A stretch of 61,516 nt of DNA, filler included, from Sphacelaria rigidula (GCA_964200075.2; 3 parts of 3 records of this genome joined end to end with filler, not necessarily neighbours in it), one strand, 5' to 3'; numbered from the whole stretch's first letter, positions 1 to 12,324 are shown. Program-made: numbers and translations. The notes: a model not told the origin generated them from the sequence alone.

Positions 1-78
1 GCCGCCACACCGCCGCTCGGGCCTGGGTACGGGTTGTGTGGGGGGGGGGGGGGGGGGGGGGGTATAGTAGAAAGTGTC
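1..78. mobile_element. Right end of G-tract MITE family (contig start)
   Basis: Poly-G followed by TATAGTAGAAAGTGTC resembles the right TIR (GGGGCTATCGTAAAAAGTGTC) of the full copy at 4891-5152. Confidence 0.6.
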
Positions 79-1526
79 AGAACATAATATGAGCGATCAT
101 CAAAGGTTTCAACGGGCGATCAAAGCTCAAGAGCATCAAGGGTGAAAATGTTTTTACTACTTCAATGTTATGGCGTTGAACTATTGGCGGAATACTTGAC
201 AAGGAAAATACTAGCATCATTGCAGTTTTCAATAGCCAATCAGCGTCTGGTATACACTCTGGGGCCCACGTTTAGGACGAAATGTGTATGTGGACTCAGA
301 GCGAGTACGGGCAAAGTACCGGCTATGCATCGGGCATTGGCCTGGTAATTACCGACCTTTAAGTAGGCCACCAGCCGTCGTCGGAATTCATAACTGTCGG
401 TCCTGGGCTGCTGCAGGCAAGATACATGTGAAACATGGCCGTTCACCGCCTAGTTCGATAGAGGCTCTGGGGCATGAATGATAAAGAACGAAGATCCCGT
501 TCCCCCGCCCTCCGCAATTTCGCCAATATTGTCCCACAGATGGAGCCAGCGGCGAAAGTTCGAAAACGACTGGGACAGGAGGAGCGTTGAATCTTCCCCC
601 ACCCGCACTGCTAGCTCAACCTGATGGAACATTCGAGGTGGGCTACTATATTGATATCCTCCCCGTTGAACGACCGTTGGTGCGGTTATAATGCAGATCT
701 GCGATAAACGACACTGGGTACGCCAGATGGGATTGTACGCATTCATGTTGTATTCATGGCGAGCACGCCCGCTCTATAACCGAAGCAAAATTTTCGCTCG
801 GAAATGATAACTTGAGCGGGCGTGCGTGAGGCGGCGCGGAGTTCTTTTCCAGGCAAGAATATGTTCGATGTTTAGAACAGGACAGGGATTGCTAATGCTT
901 CGCGAACGATCGCTTTTTTCCCTTTTTCATGCCCTCTGATGTGGGCCGTGAGACCGTTGGGCTGTGTCGTGTGCACTCTGAAAGACGGAGCGTACCGAAG
1001 CTGCGAACGCCACGTATAGTTTCACGGACAACTAGTGCTATCTTGAAGCTAGGGGTACTTGAGTTGGGCCGTCGAAATCCTGGCTGTGTCACCGTCACGA
1101 CGCTATTATCGCAGAGTGTGTCGTTTACCCTTCGAGCGTGAAAAGCTCGACCAGTGTACGCCTAGCGAGAGGTTACCAATTCCCTTGTCATAACATGTCT
1201 CCGAGCAATATTTCTCATGTATGTAACAAGATAATATACACGATGGAAATCGCATTCAGCCCATCACTTAGTAAGCGCGCGCGGGGGGGGGGGGGCGATT
1301 GAGTGACAAGCTGTTTCGTGAAGCGACTTCACTTTCAATATCGCGCTAATGCGTTCAGGTACGGGGAACAACGCCCCTCCACGCGGCGGCCGGCCACCTT
1401 AGCGCGGAGTTTTTCCCCATAGTAGTGCTGTTGCTGCACGCTGGCGCCTACGTTGAAGCGCGTGATGCCGAGGGGAGAACTCCGCTCGAACTTGCCACGA
1501 GGTATCTTGCCGTTTGATTGATTTCG

Positions 1527-1675
1527 ATGCCTCGACGAAACCGCAATAGATACGCTGTGAAAGATGAACCGAACCGTGGAACGCGTTTCTCACTTACACC
1601 ACCATCAATGGTGCCGGATGGCCGGAAATGTTTGAGCGCGGGGCTGAGGGAGAGATGCGCCCCTCCACGGGGCTT
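1527..1675 (+). CDS. Unknown gene A, candidate exon 1 (MPRRNRNRYAVKDEP...PPRG)
   Basis: ATG at 1527, open frame, donor TT|GTACGT in phase 2 matching the next acceptor. Confidence 0.45.
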
Positions 1676-2122
1676 GTACGTTCGTGCGATTGGATATACA
1701 GACCTCACTTGTTTCAGTACATATTGTGCTCTGAGAAGATCTTCGTCGTTACACTGCCCACTCCGGCTCCGCTGTCCGCAAGAAAAGGTGGTCGTCGCCC
1801 GTAACCAGAAACACAGATGATTGGAAGGATTTTGCCCTCACGGCTATTGCCGAGCACCTGTCCAGCATCCGCCGCCACTCAGCTCTAGTGCCAACTTCGA
1901 CTCTCGTGTCTCAACCGACGATGATTCAATCTTGTTGCTGCGCTTACGAAAGCGAGAAAAACAACAATGCCATACCGCTAGCGACCAGTATACCTCGAAT
2001 GAATAAATGTCCTGTTCGTACTGTCTATTCGATTTTTTTTCACAGGGGCTAGCGCCCACCCACTATTGTTGGTAATGTTTCCCCCATGCCTTCCTCTATC
2101 TCGATCAATTTTTGATTGACAG

Positions 2123-2249
2123 CCCCTCGACGATCGCGCTACTGAGCGAACACGCCAGTCGACTACGTGCACACCACTTCTCGAAACAAGAAATAAGCTG
2201 GAGTCAAGAGGTGAGGAGGCTGTACATACTTTTTGTGCGCGTGCACAAG
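2123..2249 (+). CDS. Unknown gene A exon (PSTIALLSEH...LFVRVHK)
   Basis: Acceptor GACAG|, donor AAG|GTGTGG; phase 2 in, 0 out; protein-like. Confidence 0.65.
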
Positions 2250-2567
2250 GTGTGGGTAGTGTCGATCATGCACCCGATTTCGAAATACACGCGAGAAATT
2301 TCGGACGGTACTCAATCTATTCGATAAACGTCAAACCCATGGCCACAAGGAATGCTGGAGCGACCCCCAGGGTGTTGAATGAAGTAGTGATGCCGATGGC
2401 GACATACGTTGTCATTGCCAGGAAGGACGTCCTTTATCTAAACTGCAGCAAAGACGTGTTCCTACGTTGCCTTGGTACCAAATACACTTTCCCCTTTTCG
2501 AGCATAGCTCGAGCGTAAAGTATTGTCTTGCCCTGACTGCCCCGTGCACTATCCAAAGTAAGCGTTT

Positions 2568-2844
2568 GGGCAACGCCGCAGTAGGGGTTCCACTGTTTGT
2601 TTCTGAGCCTCTTTTTTGTAGGAGCCCAAATATATGGGGCTTACTGTGCAACCCAAATCTCCGGGGTCCGGACTCCCAGAAATACGGTGTTTCCACGCAG
2701 GGGCCTTTTCGTGAATCGGCATAATTTTTAGCCTTTTTGAAAAAAAAAAGGATGTCTATTCTCAAAATGAACCATCTAACACCCCGAGTAGCCCCGAGAA
2801 ATGTTTTCGTTCAGAAAAGTGCGACCCCTACCGTAGCATTGCTT
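2568..2844. mobile_element. MITE with ~25-bp imperfect TIRs
   Basis: GCAACGCCGCAGTAGGGGTTCCACT ... AGTGCGACCCCTACCGTAGCATTGC; related inverted partial copy at ~8628-8797. Confidence 0.65.
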
Positions 2845-3309
2845 GTTTGTTCCCACGCTACCTCCTCGATCTATATGCCCGTGTTCCCTCTTCTCGAAAC
2901 GTTCACGCGAAAACGTTGCCGTTGTCGCACCGCTGCGTGTTGGAGAAGACCATTTCGGCTGCAGTGAATCTTACCTAGCCTCACATTTCCTTCCTTGCCG
3001 TTGAACGATGAGCCCCACTCAGTTTCCTAAGCTAGATTGGCGTACTCGAAGGCAATCTGGTGTGACTTGTCACGCTCTCCGATAGTAAACGTCCAGCGGA
3101 AACACTTGTGTATGGTATTTCTTTATTTTTTTCTTCTTCGTTCTTTTTCTTCTCCCTTTTTTTTTAGATCGACCATTTCTTTCTGTCCTTTGCTTTTGTT
3201 GACTCTTTATTCTTTCATGTATGTCTTGGTCTACTATGTCGTTCTGCTTGACTTTTTCTGTTCCTTCTTTTTCTTCAGCGCAGGTTCTATTTTTGTTTTT
3301 CTTGGGTAC

Positions 3310-3394
3310 GTCTATCATGTGACCACGGCTGGATCATGACTACCTGGGGGGTTAGTTAACGTGCGACAATCAATCAACCAATCAATCAATCAAT
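3310..3394 (+). repeat. Short dispersed repeat with (TCAA)n tail, probable non-LTR retroelement 3' end
   Basis: GTCTATCATGxGACCACGGCTGG...GTGCGAC followed by (AATC)n; related copies at ~14720-14780, 17030-17118 and 25660-25730 (-). Confidence 0.7.
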
Positions 3395-3432
3395 AACAAC
3401 GATCCTGTATGGCTCCATCCTCCTCCGATCAG

Positions 3433-3845
3433 ATGCTGATAACCGAGAGGTACACCGTAGGGGGGGCCCCCCTCTGGCGATACATTGCACGTGCAGCCGT
3501 TGTCGCTCGCTTGGACTCTCTGTGCGAAGTACTCAGAGCCGAAGACGAACATTCCGGCGAAGAGGCCGACGACCTCGAAGCGGAAACTAAACGCGGCAAC
3601 ACTCTCCGAGTGCCCGCGGAACGTCCGGGTGCGGGGTTGCAACACTCTTTATCCCCCGACACACCCGCCGCGACGAGTGACGGCCAAGGACTCGAGGAGC
3701 GAGAGAAGGAGCTCATCCGCATGAAGATTGAGAGGCTAGAAGGTTGCAAAGGAATCATTGAGCGAGAGCATGCGCTGCAGGGGGGGGGTGGGGGAGGATC
3801 TGGAGGTGGCGGGGGCGGAGGCAGTGGCGGCGGTGGGGGAGTCAG
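3433..3845 (+). CDS. Unknown gene A exon (MLITERYTVGG...ELIRMKIERLEG...poly-Gly)
   Basis: Acceptor ATCAG|, donor AG|GTGGGT; phase 0 in, 2 out; long GC-rich open frame. Confidence 0.75.
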
Positions 3846-4890
3846 GTGGGTCGATCGTGTTGGTGGTACTCGTGAGATGGAGGATACGTCGCAGAGGGTC
3901 CCCGTGGACGTTGGTGGAATTTTTGTGCTTAGGTTCATCTGCCCGTGTGATCTTCTTGAGGACCGATTCTTCCGAAGGAGAACTTTAGATTTTTATTGCC
4001 CTGATCCCGGCTTGAATCAATCGGCTTGAGGAGTTACTTGAGGGGTCTGGAATTGTTGTTTTGAGAAGAGACAACACGCGCATTGATGAAGGGGGTTCGG
4101 GACGAAAGTCCTATCGCAGAGCCCACGTCTAAGGCCGTGGGTCTTTGTGAATGAGTATTGACGAGATGCATACAAAGGTAACACGTGGAGAGTGGTTTTA
4201 GCCTTCATTCCACCAGCAGCGCTTGGAGACATATATATGCACGACGACTTCCAAGCCATAACTTGCGGGTACAATCGTTACGTGTGGCGTCGCATCGCGT
4301 AGGTTAACCAAGTAAAGTGACTGGTAGTCATGATAGGATGTGAAACCCGGACCTGATAGGCTTGTCACAATATCTAGTGCTTTGAAGTGCAAATCATTCT
4401 CCCGGAAACTGAATATGTGTGAGGAAGTCCCGTACGCATCCACGTCGAACTGGTGTTGTTCTACTTCTACGCGGCAGGTCACTCTCTGGGATCGAATATT
4501 TAGACTCACGCTACCCCATTCTAACCTTTCCCCCCCTTCCCTGCTCCCCCAGTATCACGAGACTCTTGGCACCGACATATATACACACAACAGGCAGCAT
4601 GGGCGTTCAAAGGGGAAAAGGCTATTTCTTGTATATCACGAAATCGAGACACTGGTTAAAAACAAAACGGTTTCTTTCTTCATGTAGCTCTTCAACGAAC
4701 GAGTAACAGCGCCCTTTTTCATAGCCATTGTTTTCCGCATTGAGCCACCCCGCCTTCAGATATACACCGTTCGCCGCGCGAATCGAGTCGTAGCCGAGGA
4801 CGTTGGGGAGAGGGTGGGGAGACAGTCAGAACCCTGCACATTGTTGACTTGATCGGCCGCACAGCGAGGTTAATGAACGCTACCCTATTC

Positions 4891-5152
4891 GACACTTTCT
4901 ACGATAGCCCCCCCCCCCCCCAAAAAACCAGCCCAAAAGTGTCACGAACAAAATGGTCATACAGCGCCTGATGTTCGGTTCAGGCTGAATGAAGCACCTT
5001 ATGTTGGCGACATTTGCGAGAACGAACCCAAGCGTGCGAATTTCCAGCTTCTCGTTGTGCTCGGCGTTTTCCATTTCGAGTTACGTGAAGATTTTGCCTC
5101 CCCAAACCAGCCACTTTTTTGCGGGGGGGGGGGGGCTATCGTAAAAAGTGTC
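4891..5152. mobile_element. Complete G-tract MITE with 4-bp TSD (ATTC)
   Basis: TIR GACACTTTCTACGATAGCCCCCCC / GGGGGGCTATCGTAAAAAGTGTC; ATTC at 4887-4890 and 5153-5156. Confidence 0.8.
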
Positions 5153-5485
5153 ATTCACCGTTGAGAAACTTGCCAGTTTCATATCAGTTTCAGAATTCAA
5201 CGGGTAGACGGGGTGGAAAAGCGTTGAGCCTTGGGTGTATTATCGCAATCAATGACTTGCCGCCCTTCGCGTTACCGTTGTAGAATGAAAAAACGAAAGC
5301 GAGATGTGGGCGTCGGTTGTGGTTGCTCTTTTGTTCTCATTCCGACGTGACCTGTATCCGTTTTCAACCGCTCACGCTCTTGGTGTCGTTCCAGCATTTC
5401 GTCATGACGACGTGTCTCCAATGTTCAGTCTCATCGTGTGTTTTTCAGTTCCGATTCGAGGTTTCCGAATTTTCGTCTCGCGCAG

Positions 5486-5590
5486 TGCCGTTCAAGATAT
5501 GAGATCGCTCTTCCTCGAACTGGACCGGGGTATCGGCGTTGCATCTCAGGACCCAGCTCAAGCTGGATCATCCGCCGGAGGCTGCAGGAG
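5486..5590 (+). CDS. Unknown gene A exon (AVQDMRSLFLELDRG...)
   Basis: Acceptor CGCAG|, donor AG|GTAAAG; phase 2 to 2. Confidence 0.7.
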
Positions 5591-5942
5591 GTAAAGTTAT
5601 TTTTGCAACTTTTTGCACGTCGGGCTGCTCATGTGCTACCTAAATGTTACTTCTCACCAGTGTACTGATCCGGATCATGAGCTAGCTCATTTCGCCCCTG
5701 TTCCCGCATTTGGGTACCTTCAGTCTGTAGATAATGACGAATTCGCGCGAACTAGATCGTAGCCATTCCTTATTCTGGAGCATACACCCTAGTTTCTTGA
5801 AGTTTTGACCTAAACGATAGGTCACTCGGTCAGCGCTACCTGAACAAAGGCTGAAGCTCTAGTACTCGTGAAAACCATATGCTATGCGTACTATTTTCCG
5901 ATGCGACCACACCCGGCCATGTCATACGATTTCATTAAATAA

Positions 5943-6359
5943 CAGTGGTCTCTCGAAAATGGGGTTGAAAAACAAAATGAGGCTCAACTCAAAAGCCGTG
6001 CTTCCCCTGACCTATATCCATGACAAATGACTTTCATACGAACGACCTCATCCCTCCTGACCTCCCTAAACCTATTTCGGGTGATTTTTGACTTTGCATT
6101 CTCCCGAAGAGTATGTGGGGAAGCACACTTCTGTCTCAATTTCGGGGTGAAAAAAGGACGTTCTTTGGCCCAAAAATCGTGCTTTCGTACACACCCTCTG
6201 GGGGAGCGGAAGGCGAGAAATCCCCCGAAATAGTTCTAGGGACGTCGGGAGGATGGTGTCGTTCACATGAAAGTCAGTTGTCATGAATTTAGGTCAGGGA
6301 AAGCACGACTTTTGAGTTGAACCTCATTTTTTTTCAACCCCGTTTTCGAGAATCCACTG
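5943..6359. mobile_element. MITE with long (~100+ bp) TIRs, CAGTGG...CCACTG ends
   Basis: 5943-6045 is an imperfect reverse complement of ~6258-6359. Confidence 0.75.
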
Positions 6360-7253
6360 TTAAATGCTCATGGTGGGCAAGTGAAGAAAGGAATCGATTT
6401 CGTCAAATTGCCCGGTTTTTAAGAGACTGTTCCAGCTCCGCCGAATGTTGGCGGATCGACGAGCTAGATACAGCCTACTGCTCCGTCGTGTGCAACGGGT
6501 TCGACATTTGCTGGGGCCCATCGACTGTGTAGCCTGTGGCTTAGCCCAACAACAGAATCCGGGAAACGATTGAGCATACTGAGAAATTAGCACGATCTGG
6601 TTTTAACGAAAACGTTGGTGAAAACATCTTGACCAGTAGATTTAGTGCAAGCATGGCGTTCCATGTTGTTGTTGGCCATCTGTACTGAAGCAGCAATTGA
6701 TTGCGTACGCCGGGACCGAGCCACAATCATCACAGAGCAGTTCTTCTGATGAGCAGGTCCCATTAGGTGAAAGACGTATGTGCAAGGTGGAGCACCACTT
6801 GCTCTTGTATAGGTTTCACAAGTTTCCTGTTCCAGCCAGTTACCTACACAGTGCATGGACTCATCTTGGCCACTCGTCACTACGGCTTCGATAGGACCAC
6901 AAGTCACACACGATAATTTCTCAGTCCCATGCGCATGGCAAGGTCACTCTACCCTACCGTTCTACACACCTTGCTTCAATGGCCGCACAACCGCTGTCTA
7001 TTGATCTTCCTATGAGCTCAAGATGGTCGAAACTGTACAGTGCAGCATCGTCAGTACAGCACCCGATACACGATTTTACGTCAATACGTCCAAGGCGTAA
7101 AGCATGCGGAGAATAGATGTACTGAAACGTAACTCAACACCAGTCTGCTGACAGCTGGCGCAACCGTTCCCTACAAATCAATACCTCGTCAACAAGTAGC
7201 TATTCAGGTGTTCTCACTTCGTATGTAAATGATGCATTGGTCGCGTTTGGCAG

Positions 7254-7419
7254 CCACGGCGACGGGCTTTACAGCGGCAACAGTAACGGCAACCCCGTCA
7301 TCGGAGGCTGCGAAACTTCACCCCATGGCAAATCTCGAACTGAAGCTCTCAATCGAGGAGCGCTTGTGGAGCGCCGCGCTACCGCTGCGTTATGGCTTCA
7401 ACAATTTTATGACAACCTC
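7254..7419 (+). CDS. Unknown gene A exon (HGDGLYSG...WLQQFYDNL)
   Basis: Acceptor GGCAG|, donor CTC|GTAAGG; phase 2 in, 0 out. Confidence 0.7.
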
Positions 7420-7706
7420 GTAAGGTCAGTCGCTCAAACTTAGTGGAGGTGTTTGTTGTCCGTTTCACATTCCGGACTATCCCTCCGGTAGACCAATGAT
7501 TGTTGCCCTGCTGTCCACCTTGATGTTGGGTGTGGGGTAGTTTCCACAAACAGCATAACTTGCGGTTATTATTGACCACTTCAAGTGCAGCTTGTCACGG
7601 AGTTTTTTCTATGGTGATGGATCCAGCTGAAACTTGTCGTTGTGACTGGCGAGTCGTCAGCGCATAGTGGTCAGTATTCATGGTGAACGGATTGGTCATG
7701 TTGAGA

Positions 7707-7775
7707 GGGAAGGGAAGGGAAGGGAAGGGAAGGGAAGGGAAGGGAAGGGAAGGGGAGGGAAGGAAAAGGAAAAGG
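7707..7775. repeat. (GGAAG)n microsatellite
   Basis: Direct reading. Confidence 0.9.
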
Positions 7776-8349
7776 AAATAAAAGGGAAAGAGGCAAAGAA
7801 CACAAAGAGCTGATCCCGATGGAAGAAATAAAAATGGCGGCAAAAAGGAAAACAAGGAAAGACGAATGGCCATCCACTGCAGCATCGCTTCAGGTGACTA
7901 GGCCGTGCAAAAGAAAAAAAATGCCGTGGAAGCTATTTGGGGACCACCCTCCTTGGGTATGAGCTATCAACCACGAGCTGTGCGGAGGAGAGACACAAAT
8001 GTCACTACAGTAAAAAAGAGAAAGAGAGAAGAGGGTTCGGATATGAGGGGAAAAAAAGAAAGAGGAACAAAAGGGTCACGAAGACAACGCAGAAATATGT
8101 ACGAACACATCTAGGAACATCGCTAAGGTTGCAAATCAAGGAAAGAAACAAGTAGTCGATGAGATAAGATCAGTTAATGTGCGAGAATAGATCATTCGAT
8201 CATTCGATCATTCGATCATTCAACCAATCAACCAACCACCCAAGGGTGTACTGTATCGGTTTCTTGTTTTCCCCGCCTCTTTCACTCATCCTCAGTTTGG
8301 TACAAAAATAGTCTATCTCGATTTTTTCCATCCTGAATGTCTCGCGAGC

Positions 8350-8392
<43 letters not shown>

Positions 8393-8406
8393 GGTGGTGT
8401 TGTTGT
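8350..8406. repeat. (GTT)n microsatellite
   Basis: Direct reading. Confidence 0.95.
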
Positions 8407-8549
8407 AACAATACACTTTATGTAGTAATATATGGGCAAATGCATTATTTTGTGGCGTATTACTGGCGCTGTGGTTCAATTACCCATACGCGGGCACAGT
8501 CCGACCCAAAATATTCTCTCCCTCCGTGATAATTTGCGCGCTTTAGGCC

Positions 8550-8940
8550 GAACACTCTCAGCAAGATGCAGCCCACCCTTCATGCGACTCGCCGAATCAT
8601 GTTGACAATCGGCATCATTTTTACTCGAGAAAGACCGAAAATGATGCCGATTCACGAAAAGTCCCTACGTGCAAATACCATGTTTCTAGGAGTCCGGTCC
8701 CCAGAGATATGGGCTGCACAGTAAGCCCCATATGTTCGGGCTTCTACAAAAAAGGGACCCAGAAACAAAAAGTGCAACCCCTACCGTAGCATTGCTCAAT
8801 ACATCACGGCGCTTCACGCTTGATGATCGCGAGCTCAGTCTGGCGAAAACCCGACCGGCTATGCCCCGGCTTTGTGGGGATGCGAGGTCAATGGTCTTAT
8901 CACTACGGCATGCAAACTAATGAGTACACTCTCCCCCTCC
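8550..8940 (+). mobile_element. Partial copy of the ~310-bp LINE-tail element, interrupted by a MITE fragment
   Basis: Matches the family member at 36165-36476 on both sides of ~8605-8797, which matches the 2568-2844 MITE. Confidence 0.65.
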
Positions 8941-9042
8941 CCCGCGCGATGAGTGCACCCCCCCCCCGCGCGCGCGCGGCTGGTGTGGGGGTTCCGCCGA
9001 AGCCAGAGGAAAACAACGCGTTCCGGCATCATCTCTCTTCAG

Positions 9043-9137
9043 ATCGACCTCTATATTGACGGCCAAAAGGTAAAGTTCTACGCGTACAGAGTCGAACTTC
9101 TCCGAGAAAGATGGGACAACCAGGCGTGCAAAGCGAT
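9043..9137 (+). CDS. Unknown gene A exon (IDLYIDGQKVKFYAYRVELLRERWDNQACKA)
   Basis: Polypyrimidine tract + TTCAG|, donor AT|GTAAAG; phase 0 in, 2 out. Confidence 0.65.
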
Positions 9138-9310
9138 GTAAAGACGCACGTTCTGATGGGTGTTGCTCAGTGATGCACGCATTGTTTCGACGGATATGTG
9201 CTGTGGCATAAAAAATGCCGCTAAGGGCGCTGTTCATGCTTCTGGTGGTCTCCCCCGGGGATATACGCTGCTGCCTGCAGCAAAGAACAGCCAATCATCG
9301 AAATTGAGGA

Positions 9311-9704
9311 TGGAGCTTTTCATTGAGAATGAAAACCCGGAGAATGAAAATCTTCGTATCCACACCAAGTCTTCGAAATACGGTTCCATTCCTTCACCCA
9401 CTTGTAGCTATTAACAACTGCTACACGTTCTACAAATTTGGATTTCGATAACCGAAATGTTGGGGTCCTATATGAAGAACCAGTTTCGAGGATTTTAGGT
9501 GATCCGATCGAATCGCCGAAATTAACCGAAATTTGTTTTTCATCTAGGACCCCAACACTTTGGTTATCGGAATCCAAATTTGTAGAACGTGTAGCAGTTG
9601 TCAGTAGCTACCCGTAGGTGAAGGAATTGAACCGTATTTCGAAGATTTGGTGTGGATACGAAGATATTCATACTCCGGGTTCTCATCCTCAATGAAAAGC
9701 TCCA
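9311..9704. mobile_element. Foldback (near-palindromic) MITE
   Basis: ~165-bp arms are imperfect reverse complements (GGAGCTTTTCATTGAG...CTCAATGAAAAGCTCC); second copy at ~19960-20305. Confidence 0.8.
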
Positions 9705-9978
9705 CCATCCATTTCTATGATCGGCTGTTGAAGCTCCCTGCAGGCTATGTAAGGCGGACTCAAGCAGGTAATAAGTGCTGTCCATCTACCGTACGGTCAA
9801 GCTCACCAACAAAAATGCGTCACTCTGCGAACTGAACTAAATTTCCCATCGCATCCTACAAAGCTGATGCTGATTGAGTGCGTCCACCGCTCCTACTCTC
9901 TCGTATATGGTCACCATGTCACACAAGCAATGTTTGCGCACACGTTGGACGTGAAGGGTAGTCTACTAGTTGGGAACA

Positions 9979-10486
9979 TGTTCTACGCAAGGCATCCATG
10001 ACCCTATAATTACCGCGACTACACTGCTCTGTCATTATAACGTTTACGGTAGCGACCCTATAGTAACGGTTAGATCTTGCCTGTGTTAGCCCTACAGCAG
10101 ATGGAAAGATGCAGGCAAGCACCGTGCTCAGCATGTAGGTATATAAATCCTTGGCGGAAGGTGATGTCGTCAACGGTTAGCAAAGGTGAAGTGCAATGCA
10201 ATTATCGGGAGACGATATATTATAATTGGCCTTCGGGTTGGTTCGGTATATTCCGTGGCCCGTGGCGAAGGATAGATGGTTTTAACTTTTATATTATTGA
10301 AGAGTGCCTTGACGGAGTCGACCCTACGATAGAGGGATCAGGTGTGGAGTGCGCTCAGGTAGCAGCGTAGTAGCCGGCCTGAGCGTGGTACTGTAGTCAC
10401 ACACACTTGACTACCGGTACCCGTGCACCAGCATAAATCTATTCGCACATGTACATGTTCACTCAGTGTACCCGTTCACATGAACA
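9979..10486 (-). mobile_element. Probable 3' LTR of the Copia element
   Basis: On the minus strand a purine tract AGAGGAGG directly precedes TGTTC (10486); the candidate end GAACA at 9979 gives a 5-bp TIR; TATA-like run near 10140. Confidence 0.5.
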
Positions 10487-10780
10487 CCTCCTCTGAACCG
10501 GTACATCGGTTGTCGTGGATTTCTATCTCTAAAAAAAGAGGTTTTGAGGGGGGAAACCCGGCCATCCGAGCAAAAACCCTCTCCCCTCAACAGCTTGTGC
10601 TCCATCTAGATAATCCGTGGACGCCGGTCGACGCAGATACACGTCATGTCAGGAAACGCCCTACAAAACCCATGTCCCTCAAAGTAGCGTGGGTGGCTTA
10701 ACCCAAAATGCGCATAAATGCATCACATAAGTATCTGAAAATACCCGGCGCTAGCACAAGGGTGCACACAAAAAACGTAC

Positions 10781-12075
10781 CTACTTGTCACCTTCGAAGT
10801 TCATAAAAAAACTCCTGTGCCTCGTAAACAGGCTGGTCGAGAGAGGCTTTGTCAAAATATCAGCATGCTGCTATCCTGAGCCTACATGCACAATCCTGAT
10901 ATTTCCGGTCCCTACCAGCTCTCGAATAAACTGATGTCTTACGTCTATGTGCTTACTCCTTTCGGAACTGAGGGGATTTTCGGCCAGAGCTTTTTCTCCC
11001 TCGTTGTCCTCGTACAAAAAAATAACTTGGTCCTCCCCGCATCCCGACATAGTCTGAGGTCGCAGGAACGTCAACACTGACTTTACAAACAGTCCCTCCT
11101 TTGCCCCCTTGGCGATTGCGACGTACTCTGCCTCCGTAGTCACACAGTGTTGCGTGCGGCTCGTTGCCGACACTACCACACCACCGTACATTACGGCTAC
11201 CCCTGATACCGAACGCCTATCCGTTTCCTTCTTCGCGTAGTCTGCATCGCAGTAAAACTGAGAGCCTATCATGACCTTTCTTGAACGTAAGTCCAAACTC
11301 CTTCGTCTCGTTGAGATACTTGAGCACTTTCATCACAGCTTCCCAGTGCCTCTCGCATGAATCATGCCACTGGCGAGTAAGCGCTCGTACCAAATTCGCG
11401 ATGTCGGATCTGATGACTGTTGCCAGCCACATCAACCCCCCCACAGCGTTACGGTATGGGCGATTCACCTTTTTGTCTTCGCCCGTTGTCGGCCCCAACT
11501 TTAAAGAAACAGCGGCAGGGATTTCCGAGTAACCCCTCACCTCAAAACGCTTCAGGAGCGTGTCCGTGAACGTGGTTTGCGTCACAGACAGCGTGCCTCT
11601 ATCCCAGTCTCTATCCACTGCGAACCCCATGTACCAGGTGACCTCTCCGAGATTGTTCGTGGGGAACGTTTTGTCCAGGATTTTGCCCACCTTCCCTACG
11701 TTTTCCTCAGAACCACTTATAACAATATCGTCCACATGGACAACTGAAATCACACACACGTCTCCTGCATCCTCCATCCTGAAAACACATGGGTCAGCCT
11801 CACACAGCACCATCCCGACATCCTCCAGTAAAGTTGGCACAGAAGACGAGACCACTACCTGCCCGCTTGCTTGATCCCGTAAATAGATTTTTCCAGCTTC
11901 ACGGTCATGTCTGTCAAAACGGAGCAACCTTCAGGCAACCTCATGTACACGTTGGTATCCATCTCTGCTTGAACGAAAGCCTGTGTCACGTCAAAATGAT
12001 ACAGCGACCACTCTTCCTGGACTACCACTGCCGTGATCAGTTTGATGGAGGCCATGGAGGGCGTTGCTGCCACTC
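10781..12075 (-). pseudogene. Ty1/Copia pol fragment (reverse transcriptase + RNase H), 5'-truncated and degenerate
   Basis: Motifs HFDVTQAF, KSIYGIKQAGR, VHVDDI, YCDADYA...DRRSVSG, TTEAEYVA, SKHIDVRHQF, ADILTKPL; frameshifts and in-frame stops. Confidence 0.95.
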
Positions 12076-12324
12076 TTATAGCTAGATAATGACGAAGATA
12101 TGACAACTCATAGGAAAATGATCACACTATGTACATATTCGGTGGATAACGGCCTATGGCGTGTGTAGCAATGCATTAGCGTACTGGTGCCACTGAGGAT
12201 CAATGTCAATGCATTGCGATACCCTGATATTGGCCAATTTGTATCGGTATCAAAACACAGTCATACCAGAAACCCCGCCTCCGCCCCCCCGCTCCCCGTC
12301 CTCCTTGTTCGTGGAACGACTAAG

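Noticed and set aside
6746..6775. CTGATGA...GAAA hammerhead-like core (also minus strand near 32055-32080 and 54480-54505)
   Set aside because: Stem II is weak or GAAA is missing, and I found no stems I/III or cleavage triplet.
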